The notes beneath the pieces were generated by a model. The model searched no databases. It had not been told where the DNA came from and saw only the letters and a list, made by a program, of their open reading frames with translations. Shown piece after piece: positions 44,063 to 61,233 of a stretch of DNA of 64,000 bases. The stretch covers positions 289,602,001 through 289,666,000 of the forward strand of contig OZ024741.1 of the NCBI GenBank assembly GCA_964016885.1, given 5' to 3'. A program made the position numbers and the translations under genes. Source of the DNA: Eledone cirrhosa (taxonomy: Eukaryota). Within the stretch, counting starts at the first letter, position 1, and every line of letters starts with the position of its first letter.

Positions 44063-45807
44063 ATATTAAATCAGAGTGCACAGTCTATATTATGAACGAT
44101 TAATTAAGTTGAGAAAGTCATGAAACATTATACTGAATTCCTTCTATTTCCCTGTTTTCTTGTTTTCTATAGTTAGTAAGCCACAGGCCAGGAATGATTT
44201 GACAGAGCTCCAGCCGCAAACAGCTTGTCGTTTGGTAAAAGACAAAAAATATTTCGCTGAAAATAGAAAGAAAATAGAATTTAGAACTTTTGCAATTAGC
44301 TTCTATATATTTTTCACCTTGAAAAAGAACAGATTTCCGAAATGTTAGGTTTTCAATCCTAATGGCAAATTGTATCATTTTTATTGTTTTATGGATTAAT
44401 ATATACCGATTAACCTTTATCTATACGAGCCATCTCTAGCTTCCTTGGATTCCGAATTTGTCTTCTGCTACACTCAAATGTGTCATTATTTTCTATCTTT
44501 TTTTTTGCGGGAGTGGGGGTGAGGGGGGGGGGACTGTAGGTTGTAGTTTGAGGAATATAAGGTTGCTACTTCTTGCAGTTTCAGCGGAAACGTGTAGGCT
44601 GCCTTGTTGATTCATATCTGTTTGATAAATCAATCAACGCATATATTTAACCTCCCTCCCTAACTACCGCCAGTAAACAAACCAAGTACAATTCTCCGTG
44701 ATTCCTAATATCTGATAATGTTATATAATATTTTTCTCTGATCGTGCTTGATAAAGTGTGAATATGTTGGATAACACCTGATGAGGTTCATATTGTTTTA
44801 TAATGTTTTATATGTTTAGGATGGTGGGTTGGCAATGTCGTTATAGCGCCATACAAAATAGTTTGCAGTATTTAGTTATCACATTCTACAACCTGAATTT
44901 AAGTCCCACTGCACACAACTGTATCTTCCAGCCTTCCAGAGTCGATAGAATTAAATACTGGTTAAGTACTGGAGTCCATATAATTGATTTTCCAGTCACC
45001 CCAAATTGCTGGCCTCGTGCCAAATTTGGAATGAATTATGTCTTACACGTTTAATAATGTGTTATAATGTTTGTTAATGCCTGTAATGTTTCATAATGTT
45101 GTATTATGCCTTACGTGTTTGATAATGTCAGATTTTGTTTGATAATAGATTCTATTTATATCATTACTGATTCAAAAGTAAAATATTCTATAATTAAAGA
45201 TATATTAACTAAATATTTTGTTGCAGGATCTAGTAGAATGGACCGCCACTCCTTCGCCTACACATGTGCCCATACACATATAAAAACAAAAGCACATTCA
45301 CACCTACAAACACAAACACATACACATACATGCACGCAAATAAAAATAAACATATTATCAAAACCATAAACCAACAATAAAACAAAAACATTAAATATAT
45401 AAAAGAAACAGCAAAATAATGGAGAAAAAAGGGGAAATTAGTCTTTAAGAAGAAACAACGGCGATAAAAGCGCCATCTCGCGGGAAACCCGATTCAGATA
45501 AAATTTATACTTAATTCGTTTTCAGTAAAGCCCTTGCTGTTTTGAATCCCCGGATAGTGGCAGCCATTTTGATAACCGTTCATCTTATCACTAGTGACAC
45601 GCTCACCTACACCACCACTCGATTCTTTGAGTACTCTACCCGTATTAGCCAATTGTTGTATAGAAATCAAGTAGTTAAGATGAGCAGGCCACAATTCTCA
45701 TGTGGGTTATTTATTTCATCTTAGATTCTTTTAAATTGCCTCTTCTAATATGTATATATGTCCGTTTTTATGTATCCATGTATAATTATATTTATGTATA
45801 TTTATTA

Positions 45808-45864
<57 letters not shown>

Positions 45865-45906
45865 GATAATAATAATATTAACTAGGGTTAGGAACGTATT
45901 TGTGTA

Positions 45907-46023
<117 letters not shown>

Positions 46024-46061
46024 AATATATTACACAAATAGAAGTGTATATATATATATAT

Positions 46062-46103
<42 letters not shown>

Positions 46104-46367
46104 TAAGAGTGCAACAGCAGCCAAAGTGTACGACAAATATACATCTGTTTAAATACAGAGTGGGTAACCAGGACTGTACTATTGCGTATATAAATATACA
46201 CATATCTAATATGTAGGCATGTAAACATGGCAGAAAATACGAATTTCTCTGTAAATTGAAAAAAAAAAGATAAACAACATTAATCGATATTTGTCGGACC
46301 TAATTGTGCTCTCATATATATACATATGTATATATATATATAAATAAATATAAATATATATATATAA

Positions 46368-46470
<103 letters not shown>

Positions 46471-48270
46471 AGTGTGTGAATGTGTGTATGTATGTGTGCG
46501 TGTTTGTGTATAGTCATACGTATGCATACGCATGCATGAATTTATGCGTGAATTTAGATGTGCCTATCAAAGTTTGTAACGAACTTGGCTTTTTTATCCA
46601 TCACTCTCTCTTGTCTTCAATTTACAACTGATTCTCTATTCACTTATCTTGTGTTTGCTGATTCAGTCGAACTATCCGTTACACAGGCCCCATATGTATT
46701 TGACGGACAACACACTGTTTCAAGTGCAGGAAACTCTCCCAGAAGACAGCTAACGTGTTATATAATTGTTCTGTCGTATTAGTTTCAAACATCTTTGAAA
46801 AAGAAAGGTTTTGATTTCTGTCAACACTATTATTTTGGTTCATGCCGGTTCACTTCAGGAAGTGGTTTCAGTTTTAGGGCAGCTCATGAAGGGTGCCAAC
46901 AAAATTCCATCTGTCACACGTCACATTACGAGCTATTGCTCTTATTAGTAAAGTATTCTTTAAATTACATGCTACCGTTTTGAAATACGAAGGAACGAGA
47001 CTTGCGAACGTAATAATTATACAAATTAGTCACGGCTGGAATGCTTTTGTTCATAGCTTTTTCCAATCACAACTGAATCAGAACTTAATAAATAACAAAT
47101 AGTAAATACCAATATGATGTAATTCTACTGCAGCGATTAGGTTTCAAATCCCCGCTGGTAGTATTTCTTTCAACAGCGGTCTTTTATTTGTCCCTTTATG
47201 AATAAAAATCTAAATAGTATATTCTTTCTTTTTATACAGTAATCAATATTGAATTTTTCCTTTTCTTCTTGTTCTAGGGATTTTTTTGTTAGATTTTCTC
47301 CATTTCACATAATTTTTTCGTTTTCATTGTGTCGGAAAAATCCATGTTATCACTGTCGTCTGTCACATCAGCAATACAGTGTGAATAATTTATTAATTAT
47401 TTCATTATGTTTAATTAATTTCAACGAATATTGTGAATATTTTAATTACAGAATTCTTAAGAGAGAGACAATGTGTTAAACTTTCTGTTCAAAATTTTGC
47501 TTTGGAAAATTTATTTATTCATTTTATTATTTTTGTTATTTCTGAACGGAAGGTGTCGTTTTGATGTGCCGTCTATCTTAATGTGTCGTCTGCTTTAATG
47601 AGATCTTGTAATTCCTTCTGTATTTTGTTTATTGTTGTTGTTGTTGTGTGGTTGTTGTTTTAGGTGCCGAGGTCAACGTTCTTTCATGGATTCTTCCTTT
47701 TTTTTTCACCCTCATCTCTTTGTCGTTTTCTCCTTTTTTCATTTCGTCTTTCACTTCTTCATTGTGACGTCGTGCATTTTCGTATATGCGTATATGAATG
47801 TGTGTATATCTATCTATCTATCTATTCTATGTGTGTGTGTGTGTGTGCGTGTGTGTGTACGTGTGTGTATACATGTATGTAGTTCTATAATTGTATATGT
47901 ACATATGAATCTATGTATGCATTTAAATATGTGTGCGTGCGTATATATAAAATGGCTTATGTTGGTTTTTTGATGTGTACGTATATCAGTGTGCTTGAGT
48001 GTGTATACACGTGTATGTGGTCGGGTATGTGTATGTATGCATAACTGTGTGTATATGTGTGTATATGTGAATCTGCATGTGTGGAGCATTATTCTGAAGT
48101 TAATTTTGTTAATCTGGTCAATATTTGGCAAACATTGATGGAGGTTGTTATCACCCTGACATAGAATCGAATCTAAACTCCCCTGATATGGAGATTACAA
48201 ATTTCACCCAAAATGAATGTCAGTGATGTACTGGGACTGAGTCAGATACATATAATATATATATACATAT

Positions 48271-48341
<71 letters not shown>

Positions 48342-48371
48342 AATAAAAGGCAGAGTTAAAGACTCATATTA

Positions 48372-48669
48372 ATTGTTTCTACTTTTGGCACAAGACCATC
48401 AATTATCCCAGTGCATTACTGGTACTTTATTTTATCGACCCCGTAAGGATGAAAGGCAAAGTTAACCTCGGCGGGATTTGAACTCAGAATGGCAAGGGCC
48501 GTAACTCAATACGTCAAAGCGACTCATATTAATAGCCTGTAATTAACAAGCTCAAAGTATAAATACTGAGCATTCCATATTTCTTCCCTCGTAATTTTAA
48601 ACACACAATTTACTGTGTTTATTACTACATATATCTACTTTATGTAAACCCTTGTGGTTAATAAAGAAA

Positions 48670-48730
<61 letters not shown>

Positions 48731-48922
48731 GGGCGGTGGATTGGCAGTATCGGTAGAGGGTCGGACGCCATGCTTTGCAGCAAAGAGTTACGGCCCTTTA
48801 TGGTCAGAGTTCAAATCCCGCTGAGGTTAACTTTGACTTTCATCCTTATGGGGTCGATAAAATAAAGTACCAGTAATACACTGGGATAATTGCTGGCCTT
48901 GTGCCAAATGTAGAAACAATTA
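48372..48922. mobile_element. Inverted SINE pair (48372-48520 minus, 48730-48922 plus)
   Basis: Family consensus. The minus copy is flanked by direct repeat GACTCATATTAAT at 48361-48373 and 48521-48533. Confidence 0.85.
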
Positions 48923-48990
48923 ATATTATTATATATATATATATATATATATACGTATATATATATATATATATATATATACGTATATAC

Positions 48991-49047
<57 letters not shown>

Positions 49048-49410
49048 AAGGGGCGTGGCTGATTGGTTAGAGAATTGAATTCGCAATCATCAGATTGCGT
49101 TTTGTCCTTGGGCAAGACACTTTATTTCACGTTGCTCCTTCTAACTGTCGATAAATATAGATATATTTACATATATCGACAGTCGATCGACTTTCATCAA
49201 ATCGGACCGAGGAAACAGTGTTTCCATTAGTGTTTGCAATTGCTAATATCTATCGGCCGCAACTCCAGGTAGAGGGAGCAATGTGAAATAAAGTGTCTCG
49301 CTCAAGGAGATAACGCATCGCTCGGTCCGGGAATCGAACTCACAGCCTCATGATTGCAAATCCAATTCTCTAACTACTCAGCCACGCACCTTCACAACAC
49401 ACACACCCAC

Positions 49411-49444
<34 letters not shown>

Positions 49445-49446
49445 AT

Positions 49447-49638
<192 letters not shown>

Positions 49639-50307
49639 TTACATGATGGCTGCTCCCTCGTTGTCGAGAATGGCCATTGCACGATATACCATTATTAATA
49701 ATTATTAATTAATTCTATCGTGCAATGCCTGTGCGTGAAGATATTTTTTAAAGTGACGAAAGACTGTGCACTGAGCCAATCCCACTCTCTGAGCGACAGT
49801 AGCTATAACCCGAAAAGAAGAAAAGATCAACATCATCGGTAACTACTGAGCCGCATGTTTTATATCGGAGTTATCCCAGTTTCCTGAGTTGCCTACTCCT
49901 AGAAGAATACCCTGACAAAGGTTAGGGGTCATTCACCCCCAGTGGTTTAACCGCGCCATCGGGTGTCCAGCCCGACTATTTCTATGTCCTCGCGCATATA
50001 CATACACATGCACCCATGTTTAAATACATATACATACTTATGTACATGTGTATATACATATTTACACACTTTTGGATGGCCGTTGACTCTTATGATTTCT
50101 TTCGCCCTTTGTCAGGTTTTGTTCTTTGTCCTGCAGGGTGTCCAAAATCACCCTCCTCACCAGGTAAACTTGGTGGTGTTGCCAGTTTAGTCGCCGACGA
50201 CTCGACCATACGACAGGTTATCTCTGGGTTAAATGTTACCAATAGCACTCAAGAGTGACCCGACATATACTTACATACATACATACGTTTATGTAAATAT
50301 ATATGTA

Positions 50308-50492
50308 TAAAGATTGGCTGAAAAGTTCATATGCTGACAATAAAGATGTGATGCGAGACTTATGATATTTTGCATGCATTAATTGTTTCTTTACAAGAAC
50401 TATGCTGGAGAATAAATCACATTTGGTCATTCTATGAGAACATCTTGGTCAGCCAATGAACTTTTCTCTCTATGAAATTTTCAGCCGACTCT
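50308..50492. mobile_element. Second copy of the mariner-like MITE
   Basis: Same terminal repeats and internal CATTTGGTCA..ATCTTGGTCAGCC. Confidence 0.6.
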
Positions 50493-50499
50493 ACCTCTC

Positions 50500-50599
<100 letters not shown>

Positions 50600-50928
50600 C
50601 ATATATACATATATGCATACATACATACGTACATACATACATACACATGCATACGAATATAGTGTATCTATAAACCGTTCCAGTACTGCCAAGATGTCGA
50701 AAAGAAAAGAAATATCTCAGCCCGCCAAAAAACTGGATATTTCAGATTAACTCTACAGTATTATAATGAAACACCCCCATCACCGCTGTCAACACCACCT
50801 CCATACACACTGCCGCTAGCGTCATCACCACACCGCAGCCACCAATTCCACTACAATCAGCCCCTCCACCATGCCCTCTTTCACCCCAACACCGACCACC
50901 TCACCCACCACCACCACCATAGACTCGC

Positions 50929-50990
<62 letters not shown>

Positions 50991-51526
50991 AAACATCATA
51001 GAATAAATTCGTAAAATTTAATTAGGCAGAGAATGTTGTCAAAATCTCCACTGTCAAATTTACTTAATCTCATTCAACTGATGTCAATCGTATAGATTTA
51101 GAAATTCGATTTGTTTTACTGTGAAAATTGATAACCTGCGGCTTGGGGTGTTAGTTAGATATGTAGTTTAGGAAGTGTGTACTGGTACCTGTATGTTTGT
51201 GTGTGTGTTAGTTAGCGTGGAAGTGTGGAAATGTGTTCTCTGTGTTTGTGTATCTGTAAGTTTTATTTTGCATTAACTTTTGTTTTCAACATGTATTTAT
51301 ACGTTATGCGTGTTCATAGATTATCGATTAGTATTCTGCATATATATATATATATATGTATGTGTGTGCGTGTGTGTGTGTGTGTTTGTTTGCATAGATA
51401 CATATATTAATGAAAGTAGAGGATCGACCACGAGCTCGGTGGTTTCGGTTAGTTACCTCATCCCGTCCCTGTACCGCAGACTTTCTATATATCTCTTCCC
51501 TCTCTCTCTCTCTCTTTCATTCACAC

Positions 51527-51577
<51 letters not shown>

Positions 51578-51654
51578 TGTTGCGTTTGCGGTGCGAGCAA
51601 TGGAAAGCTCGCAAATCAGAGTAGTACTATAGTATTCAATGCATGGATAGATGC

Positions 51655-52845
51655 AGAGTGGGTCGGACACCTTGCTTTGGCGCATAGAGTTCAAATCCCG
51701 CCGAGGTTAACTTTGCCTTTCATCCTTACGGGGTCGATAAAATAAAGTACCATTAATGCAGTGGGTAATTGCTGGCATTGTGCCAAAAGTAGAAACAATT
51801 ATTAAGGTAGAGATCCGACCAAGAGCTCAAGCCGTTTAACATAGATAGATTCTATTTTGAGAACCCATTAGTATCTATGAATCTTTTGTGTAAATAGTGC
51901 AATTCGATGTGAAAGGAATGTCAATTATATCGACTCACTATTTTATTGGTACTTTATTTTATCTATCTCGGAAGGATGAATAGCAAAGTTGATATCAGCG
52001 GGATTTGAACTCAGAACGCAATCTTAAGTAAACCCCACAAACTATTCTGTCCGACGCTCTAATTATATCGCCAGGTCTTCAGCACTGCTTCACATTCCGG
52101 ACCCAACAAGTAGATAAAAAATAATAATCTTCTGTATTTCAGTACTTATTGTTAGTTTTGGAGGGCGTGGGTGATGGGGAAAATAATGCACCATATTTCA
52201 TGGAAATAATATATGGCGAAATATCAAACAGCAGGTCATAGGTTTGCTATAGATGAATAGCAGAACCTATTGAAGAATACATCTACCCTTAGCTCAGAAG
52301 CTGCTAATATCAACAGAGCAGTACACAGAACGATACATTCAGTCAATACATTCAGTCGTCGATAACATTAAATACCTGTCAAATAATGGGGTAGATATAA
52401 TCAATTTTCCCAGTTTGCTTGCCTAGTTACTAATTTAAAAGCCACCATTATTATGTGCTTACATTACTTTTTATTTGATGCTTTTGTGGTTATCATTATT
52501 TCAGAGAGTTACGGCCCTTTACGTTCTGTGTTCAAATCCCGCCGAGGTTAGCATTGCCTTTTATCCTTACGGGGTCGATAAAATAAAGTACCAGTCATGC
52601 ACTGGGCTCGATTTAATCGACTTTCCCCTCCCCAACGTTGCTGGCCTTGTGCCTATATAAGAAACCTTTATTTCCGAGAATTACGGCCCTTTACATTCTG
52701 TGTTCAAATCCCACCGAGGTTAACTTTGTCTTTCATCCTTACGGGGTCGATAAAATAAAGTAGCAGTAATGCACTGGGGTCGATTTAATCGACTTTCGCG
52801 TCCCCTTCAAATTACTAGCCTTTTGCCTAAAGTAGTAAAATTATT
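51655..52845. mobile_element. Four SINE copies (51655-51803 plus, ~51900-52070 minus, 52505-52670 plus, 52676-52845 plus)
   Basis: Family consensus. Confidence 0.8.
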
Positions 52846-53243
52846 TAAAAATAATTTTACCTTTTATATTTAGAATGGTATTGTTTTATATTTTTGTAGT
52901 TTTTTTTTGTTGTAATGGTTCTGGCTGCTGTTTCTATTTGTTGGTTTTTTTTTCCTTGTTTCGGCAAATCAGCCACCGAAATATTTTGAACAAACTAATT
53001 CATAACGACCTCTGTTAATCAATATAACTCTCTGACGTCCTTGCGGAAATGACATATGACGTCATCAGTAGTATTGTATGGTCTTAAAAGAACATTCTAT
53101 GTATACGAGTGTGGATTGGTGGGTAAGCTGGTTCACTGCTTGGTTGTTTGGTTGTTTGCTTGGTTGACTGATTGTAGGTTGGTTGGCTGGATGGTTGGTG
53201 GGTGATTGGCGGATTGGTTGCATTGATTAGAATTAGGAACTGC

Positions 53244-53312
<69 letters not shown>

Positions 53313-53447
53313 TATATATATATATATAAATATAGTTTCAGCGAGATCGGATTTCGGCTGGGGTCGAAAACAAAGCGAAACGCAATATCCGAGTTATGCT
53401 GGCAAGCGCTCCATGGACCAAATAAAGACCAGACATGCCTATATATA

Positions 53448-53510
<63 letters not shown>

Positions 53511-53837
53511 TTGTATGCGTGAATGTATGTATGTGATTGTAAGGGAAAATTATTTTCCGTCATTAAAGAGGATACAGTACTTTGTACAAGAGTGTATATC
53601 TTGCTTTGTGCATTATAGAATAGCTGATATTAATGTTGTCTATATTGTGACAAAACCACATATTTTTGACAATGGTAGATCTTTTGTGTGTAAAGGCCGG
53701 CTTTTGTTGTAAACGCTTATTCCAGTATATTATATGTGATCAGTTTTATCCTAGGACGGAAAATGAATTTTGATGAATCAAAGTTTCAACTTTGCATAAG
53801 GGTTATCAAATAGATACATTGATGTCTGAGAGAGAGA

Positions 53838-53921
<84 letters not shown>

Positions 53922-54772
53922 AAACAGTTAGATAACCGTATTGCAAAAGATGAGAGAGAGAGAGAGAGAGATAAAGAGAAGAGAGAGAGAGAGATAAAGG
54001 TAGAAAAAAATTGACAAACTGGAAGAGAATGAAAATAAAAATAAAGATAAAATATATTAAAATGGAAAAATAAAAATCCCGAATAAGAAATCCCGGTATT
54101 TAGCACGACACACCAACAATAACAACAACAACAAACAAACAAACTCACAAGAAAAACAACAACAAAGAGAGATGCATAGACTTATACACACACGTGTGCG
54201 TGCGTGTATTTGTGTAGATAAATATAAATTAATACATAATTAAAAGAAAGATAGGAAAAGTAGAGGGTAAAATTCAAATCTCCTTAGTTAAATACATGTT
54301 GTGGGTGGGATGGCAGATAAATTCATTATATACTCAAATGAAATAATAAAAACAAAAGACAAAACATAAAACAACTAATGAGGAAAAGCAAGTGAAGGGC
54401 TTTCTGTGGAGACATGGATTTCGTAAACAGAGGGTTTGCAAAAGGAAAATGATAGAAAGAAAGGTGGTGGAGGGGGTTCAAATGCGTCGGGAGGGAAAGA
54501 GGAAGCAAGTTTTGCTTGGGTGTGCTTTAGGACAATAGAAAGTCTGATGGGTTTGTGGAGGTTAAGGAGGAGGTGGGGGATAAATTCTTTATTTGAAGAA
54601 GAGACCGGAGTGGTGATATTGGTGGTGATGGTGGTGGTGTGGTGGTGGTGGTGGAGGTGCTGTTGATGTCGATGCGTGATTCAAGGATATAATGGATGTA
54701 AAGCAAAATTAGTGAGAACGTGAGTGTGCCTCTGTGATTTTGCTTCTGTATGTATGTGTGCATATATGTATG

Positions 54773-54816
<44 letters not shown>

Positions 54817-55552
54817 TATATATATATAGAGAGAAAGAAAGAGGAAAGAGAGAGCGTTATCCCTCTCTCACTTTATATATATACGGCCCTCTTAAATTTA
54901 TACGGCTATTTATGTTTCAAGAAATTCACAGTACCATCTTCAGTATAAATTGATTGAAGTGTTGTTCGCATGCATTGTCATAGGTGTAACGTATCACAGC
55001 AATAGCACACTGTTCAATGCCAGATTAAGAATTATTCAGGGTTACATTTACTGTATTCATGTCTTGGTTTTCGTTTCCTCTGTAAATGTCTCGAAACGTT
55101 AATAACATTTATGGATTTCGGAAGGCCTTTATACTCACCTAAACAGAAAATACTAAGAACGAAATATGACAAATAATTATTAAAAAAAGACCAATATTTA
55201 ACAATCTCGTATTCACAATATATATATATATACGCATACAAGTTCACACTAAAAGAATTCTTTCAAATGTATTATGCCACACACGTAGAAACAAAGACAC
55301 ACACACACACACACACTGACACACACACACATGCACACATACGTTTAAACAGATCCAAGTGTGGTAATATCTCATTACACACTTAAGTTGACACTAATCT
55401 ATAAGAACACAAACCTGTGTTATATACAAACATATATATATATATATATAGTTGTATATATAGGTATATATATGTTTTTGTGTGAATGGATTTTTGAGTG
55501 TGCGCATGCGCACGTGATGTTTAATATACTCCACCAACTTACTGTGTACCGT

Positions 55553-55633
<81 letters not shown>

Positions 55634-56564
55634 AGGAAGACTTGCTCAATACTAAAATATATATTTTTTGTATATTACTGAGGCTACAATCTGTTGATTC
55701 TAGCTGTTTCGTTAGTTTCTGCTGATCAAGCCAGTATATATTGCTATGTGGTTGTGTTAGATTACTGTTGGTTCTGACAATACGTAATCTTTTTGTTTGA
55801 TCAGGGACATTCACCGGGACGTAAACGTAACATGGTTTGCCTTTTAAAATCATACATACAAGTCATACTTTTTTTTTCTAGTTTAATAGATTGCACAAAC
55901 GTGAAATAAAGTGTCTTTCACAAGAAAAAAACGTGCCAATGGGCATCGAAATCACGGCAAATAACCAACATTCTAACCACACTCAATATAAGTTTTTAAC
56001 TTGTAAGTATGTGGCACAGATGGCGTGGCGGAAGGGTAGATATAGAAGTTTTGTGCGGTGGGTAATAGTAAGATGCAAAGAAGAAAGAAATAACGCATAA
56101 GACTGTTTAATAGAGGGCGAGTGTAATGAAGGGAGAACTGTCCCCGCCACCAACACCACAGAAAAGATAAAAAGAGGATATCATTTAGTTGTCTTGATAG
56201 AAGAGGGATGAAATAAAAAAATTGAGCCAGAAGTAAGAGGAAACCATTACGTGCAGTATGTTACTAATGGAATTAAACACTCATACGTACACACACATAT
56301 GATATACTGAGAACTACTCTGTGTAGCGCTAGTGATTGTTGTTTGGCGGGTAAAACGATGATTGCGGATATTTGATTAATTTGTCAAATATTTAACGCAT
56401 GCGCTTTCGTGCAATTAACTCTAGTTTGCTAAAGTGAAGCTTTTACAAAAATGAAATTTTCAGATTAGCTTATTTAATAAAAAATTGAGGAAGCATTGGG
56501 TGAAGAATTTAATAAAGTTATGATTTTCAAGGACTAATCATGTGCAATTATGTATTAAAATCTC

Positions 56565-56755
56565 GGGGCGGTGGATTGGCAGTATCGGTAGAGGGTCGGA
56601 CGCCATGCTTTCCAGCATAGTTACGTCCCTTTACGATCTGAGTTCAAATCCCGCCGAGGTTGACTTTGTCTTTCATCCTTACGGGGTCGATAAAATAAAG
56701 TACCAGTAATGCACTGGATAATTGCTGGCCTTGTGCCTAAAGTAGAAACAATTAT
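56565..56755 (+). mobile_element. Full-length SINE with 20-bp target-site duplication
   Basis: CAATTATGTATTAAAATCTC at 56545-56564 and 56749-56768. Confidence 0.9.
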
Positions 56756-57011
56756 GTATTAAAATCTCTATGGCTGGTTAATTAACTTAGGCAAGGAAAT
56801 CAAAGAGAAAACATATCGCTGAGACCATTGTGTATAAAAACTATTAGATTACTAGTATTCATTAGGATAATGATAATTTATGGTATAAATTATGACAATG
56901 ATTGAAGAAATGATACAAATTTTAAAGGAAAATAACATGACAGAGTATTTAATGTGTCTGAGTCCAGCTAAAATACATTAATATTCGATATTGCTCGCAA
57001 GTTCACCAGTA

Positions 57012-57195
57012 GATTGGCAGTATCGGTAGAGAGTCGGACACCATGCTTTACAGCATAGAGTTACGGCCCTTTATGGTCTGAGTTCAAATCCCGCCGAGGT
57101 TAACTTTGCCTTTCATCCTTACGGGGTCGATGAAATAATGCACCAGTAACGTACTGGAGTCGATTTAATCGACTTTCCCCTCCCCCAAATTACTG
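57012..57195 (+). mobile_element. SINE copy, long form
   Basis: Family consensus including the GTCGATTTAATCGAC hairpin. Confidence 0.82.
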
Positions 57196-57459
57196 ATTAT
57201 GCCATAACGTGAAAAATCTAACGCAAGATGTTGGGAAATTTACAAATTGTAAATTACGTGACAGTGAAGGAAGACAAATGGATGAATAACAATGCATGTG
57301 TAAGTGACTATAGGTTCACACAAATAAACACTAAAGAGCAAAAATCAAGGTGGTGTTTGATGCATGATGGGACGAAAATTGGGTATATGGCAGAGTTAGA
57401 ATCCCGAGGGTGAGCGGAGCAGTTTCAACGGAATTTTTATGACAATTACCCATATATAT

Positions 57460-57555
<96 letters not shown>

Positions 57556-57569
57556 GTATATATATATAT

Positions 57570-57603
<34 letters not shown>

Positions 57604-58137
57604 AATATATGTATAGATGTATAGATATGAATTTGTGTGTGAATGTATGAGTTGGTGTGATTGCATAGAGAAATAAATGTTGAACTACAGAGCGTTTCAT
57701 ATTTATACTCTACTGATAAATTATTGTTTACAGACAATTATACAACACGAATAGAATTCTATTTGAATACTTGACTACTTGTTCTTTGAATCAAGCTTAC
57801 CAAAATTATACATTTATTCATTCACGTATACATACATACATACTTAAATACATGCCTTTATATATATATATACATACATACATATATATATACATAAGTA
57901 CATAAGCATATATTTATAAATATATATATATATATATATACATATGATACACAAATATAATACTCTCATTCATAAAACATGCTTAGCCATGCAAATATTT
58001 CTAATATATTTCTTATATTTGATGTTAAAGCTACTTCGTTGTCATGATGAATCCATGAATAAAATCATATATATATATATATATATATACATATACTAAA
58101 AAAAAAATATATATATGTATACACATACATACATACA

Positions 58138-58239
<102 letters not shown>

Positions 58240-58242
58240 CAT

Positions 58243-58276
<34 letters not shown>

Positions 58277-59684
58277 GGTATGTGTGCATACACATACACA
58301 TATGTATATAGATAGATAGATAGATACATACATACATACATACATACATACATACATACATACATACATACATACATACAATCATGCAAGTGTGTATAAT
58401 TCTAAATATCATACTTGTCATCATCTAATGTGTTTCAGTTTTCTAATAAAACATGTCTAACTCACTCAGCCAAGTGGAAATGTAACTGTATGTGTATGTG
58501 TGTAGTTATTTGGGTGGTTTGGTGGAGGGATGATAGAGGAGGAGGCAGAAAGGCCGTGATTTTACTGATGTTTATCAAAGATTTCATTTTAAATTGTGAT
58601 TCAATAAATAACACATCAACACAAATACACACACACATATACACACAGGCACATACATACATACATACATTCATACATACATACATACATAAATCGTGAT
58701 TCAATAAATAACACATCAACACAAATACACACACACATACACACAGGCACATACATACATACATACATACATACACTTAAGCACACAAACACTTACACAT
58801 ACAAACACACACACAAACATATACATATATATTAATGTGCCTGTGTATTTAAGTGTGTGTCGTGTGTGTTTAAGTGTATGTTTGTGTGTTGCTGTATGTG
58901 TGTTGCTGTATGTGGTTGCATTTGTATCCATTTATGCATACATACATACAAACATACATACATACATACATACATACATACATACATACATACATACATA
59001 CATACATACATACATACATACATACATACATACATACATACATACATACATACATACATACACCTCCACCTAGAGATTTTAAATCAACGCTGCAAAGGAA
59101 TCTATTTTCAGATTCAGGCATTGCTTGATATAACATATTTTATGATAATTCACCGACAAATTTAGCCTTTCGAATACCAGATGCAATCCTGCAGAAGGGC
59201 TTCCAAACAATTTCCCTGAGCGGACATGGGTCCCACGGAGATCAGAGTAAAGGATTCTTGCCCAAGATACCACTCAATGGATTAGAACCCCCGGTCTAAT
59301 GATTACGAAGTTCATTGTTTAACAATTCGGCCATGCTTCATCCGGCTCTAAATGTAATCATAACTAGAGCCCTGTAATACATTCACAGTAGTACTAAGAA
59401 AACACAAGCTGTTCCATAAATAAGAAATGTCAACGATACTTATAAAGAGGGAGAGTAGTCTCTTTAAACTGGACTATTCAGTGCTGAACATCGCCACGCC
59501 TGACGCCCTTCACTTCCTTGTAAATCTACCCCATAATTAAAGTATTTATCGCCGCCTCTTCTTATATGACCATCTGTCATTCTCTCAGTAGGACATCTTC
59601 CTTCTCACTTGTTATGTTAAATATTTAAAGTGTGACAACTGCAGGGACGTGCATGTACACACACATAAACAAACACACACACAT

Positions 59685-59724
<40 letters not shown>

Positions 59725-59865
59725 GCTTATATATATATATACATATACATACACATATATATATATATATATACATATGTACACACATATACATATATAT
59801 TTATATGTTTATATATATATATATAAATATATATATATATACGTATATATATAATATAGAAATAT

Positions 59866-60346
<481 letters not shown>

Positions 60347-60872
60347 CAGTAAACTGAGAAACACAGTCATGCATATAAACATATACATATATTATGTAGA
60401 CAGGATGGTGTAGAAATGTTGTGAATGGGGCAATGAGAGCAGAGCAGTTGAAGGGGGAAAATCTGCTGCTGAAGCTGCTGCAGTTGTTACTGCTGCTAAT
60501 CATATCGAAGATGATGGTAATGAGGTGGAGGAGGAGAAGGGGGTGGGAATGAAAAGACAACAAAGATGTCATCACACGACAATGAACTAGTTAGAATTCA
60601 ATTGTGTGCACCCCCACCACACACGAACACACACAGACTCACACTAACATATACTACACACATACAAAACACACACACACACACTCACACTAACGTATAC
60701 ATACACACACACATACACACACACACACACACACACAAATCCACGCGTACTCACACACTAACACATACATACACACACTAACAAATCCACAGACACTCAC
60801 ACACACACATTCACACACACATACACACACATACCCAAACGCACATGCACATGTACGCACACATAGAAATAA

Positions 60873-60908
<36 letters not shown>

Positions 60909-61154
60909 ATGGATGCAGGCATGGCCGACTGGTCAATAATTTCTATTGGGAATCATGAGTTACCGGGTTCGTTCCCACTACTTGGCATGAGGTGTATTTT
61001 ATCATGGCCTCGGGTTGACCCAATCCTTCATGGACTCTATATGAAAGTTAATTGTTCTATCTTGTCGTATATCACACTATACATTAAGGGTACACGTGCT
61101 TTGGGAATGCTCAGCCATTTCCTACGCTTACACACACACATACACTGACATATA

Positions 61155-61194
<40 letters not shown>

Positions 61195-61200
61195 TATATA

Positions 61201-61233
<33 letters not shown>

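Noticed and set aside
49048-49392. tRNA genes
   Set aside because: A/B-box-like sequences are decayed SINE heads without a full cloverleaf.
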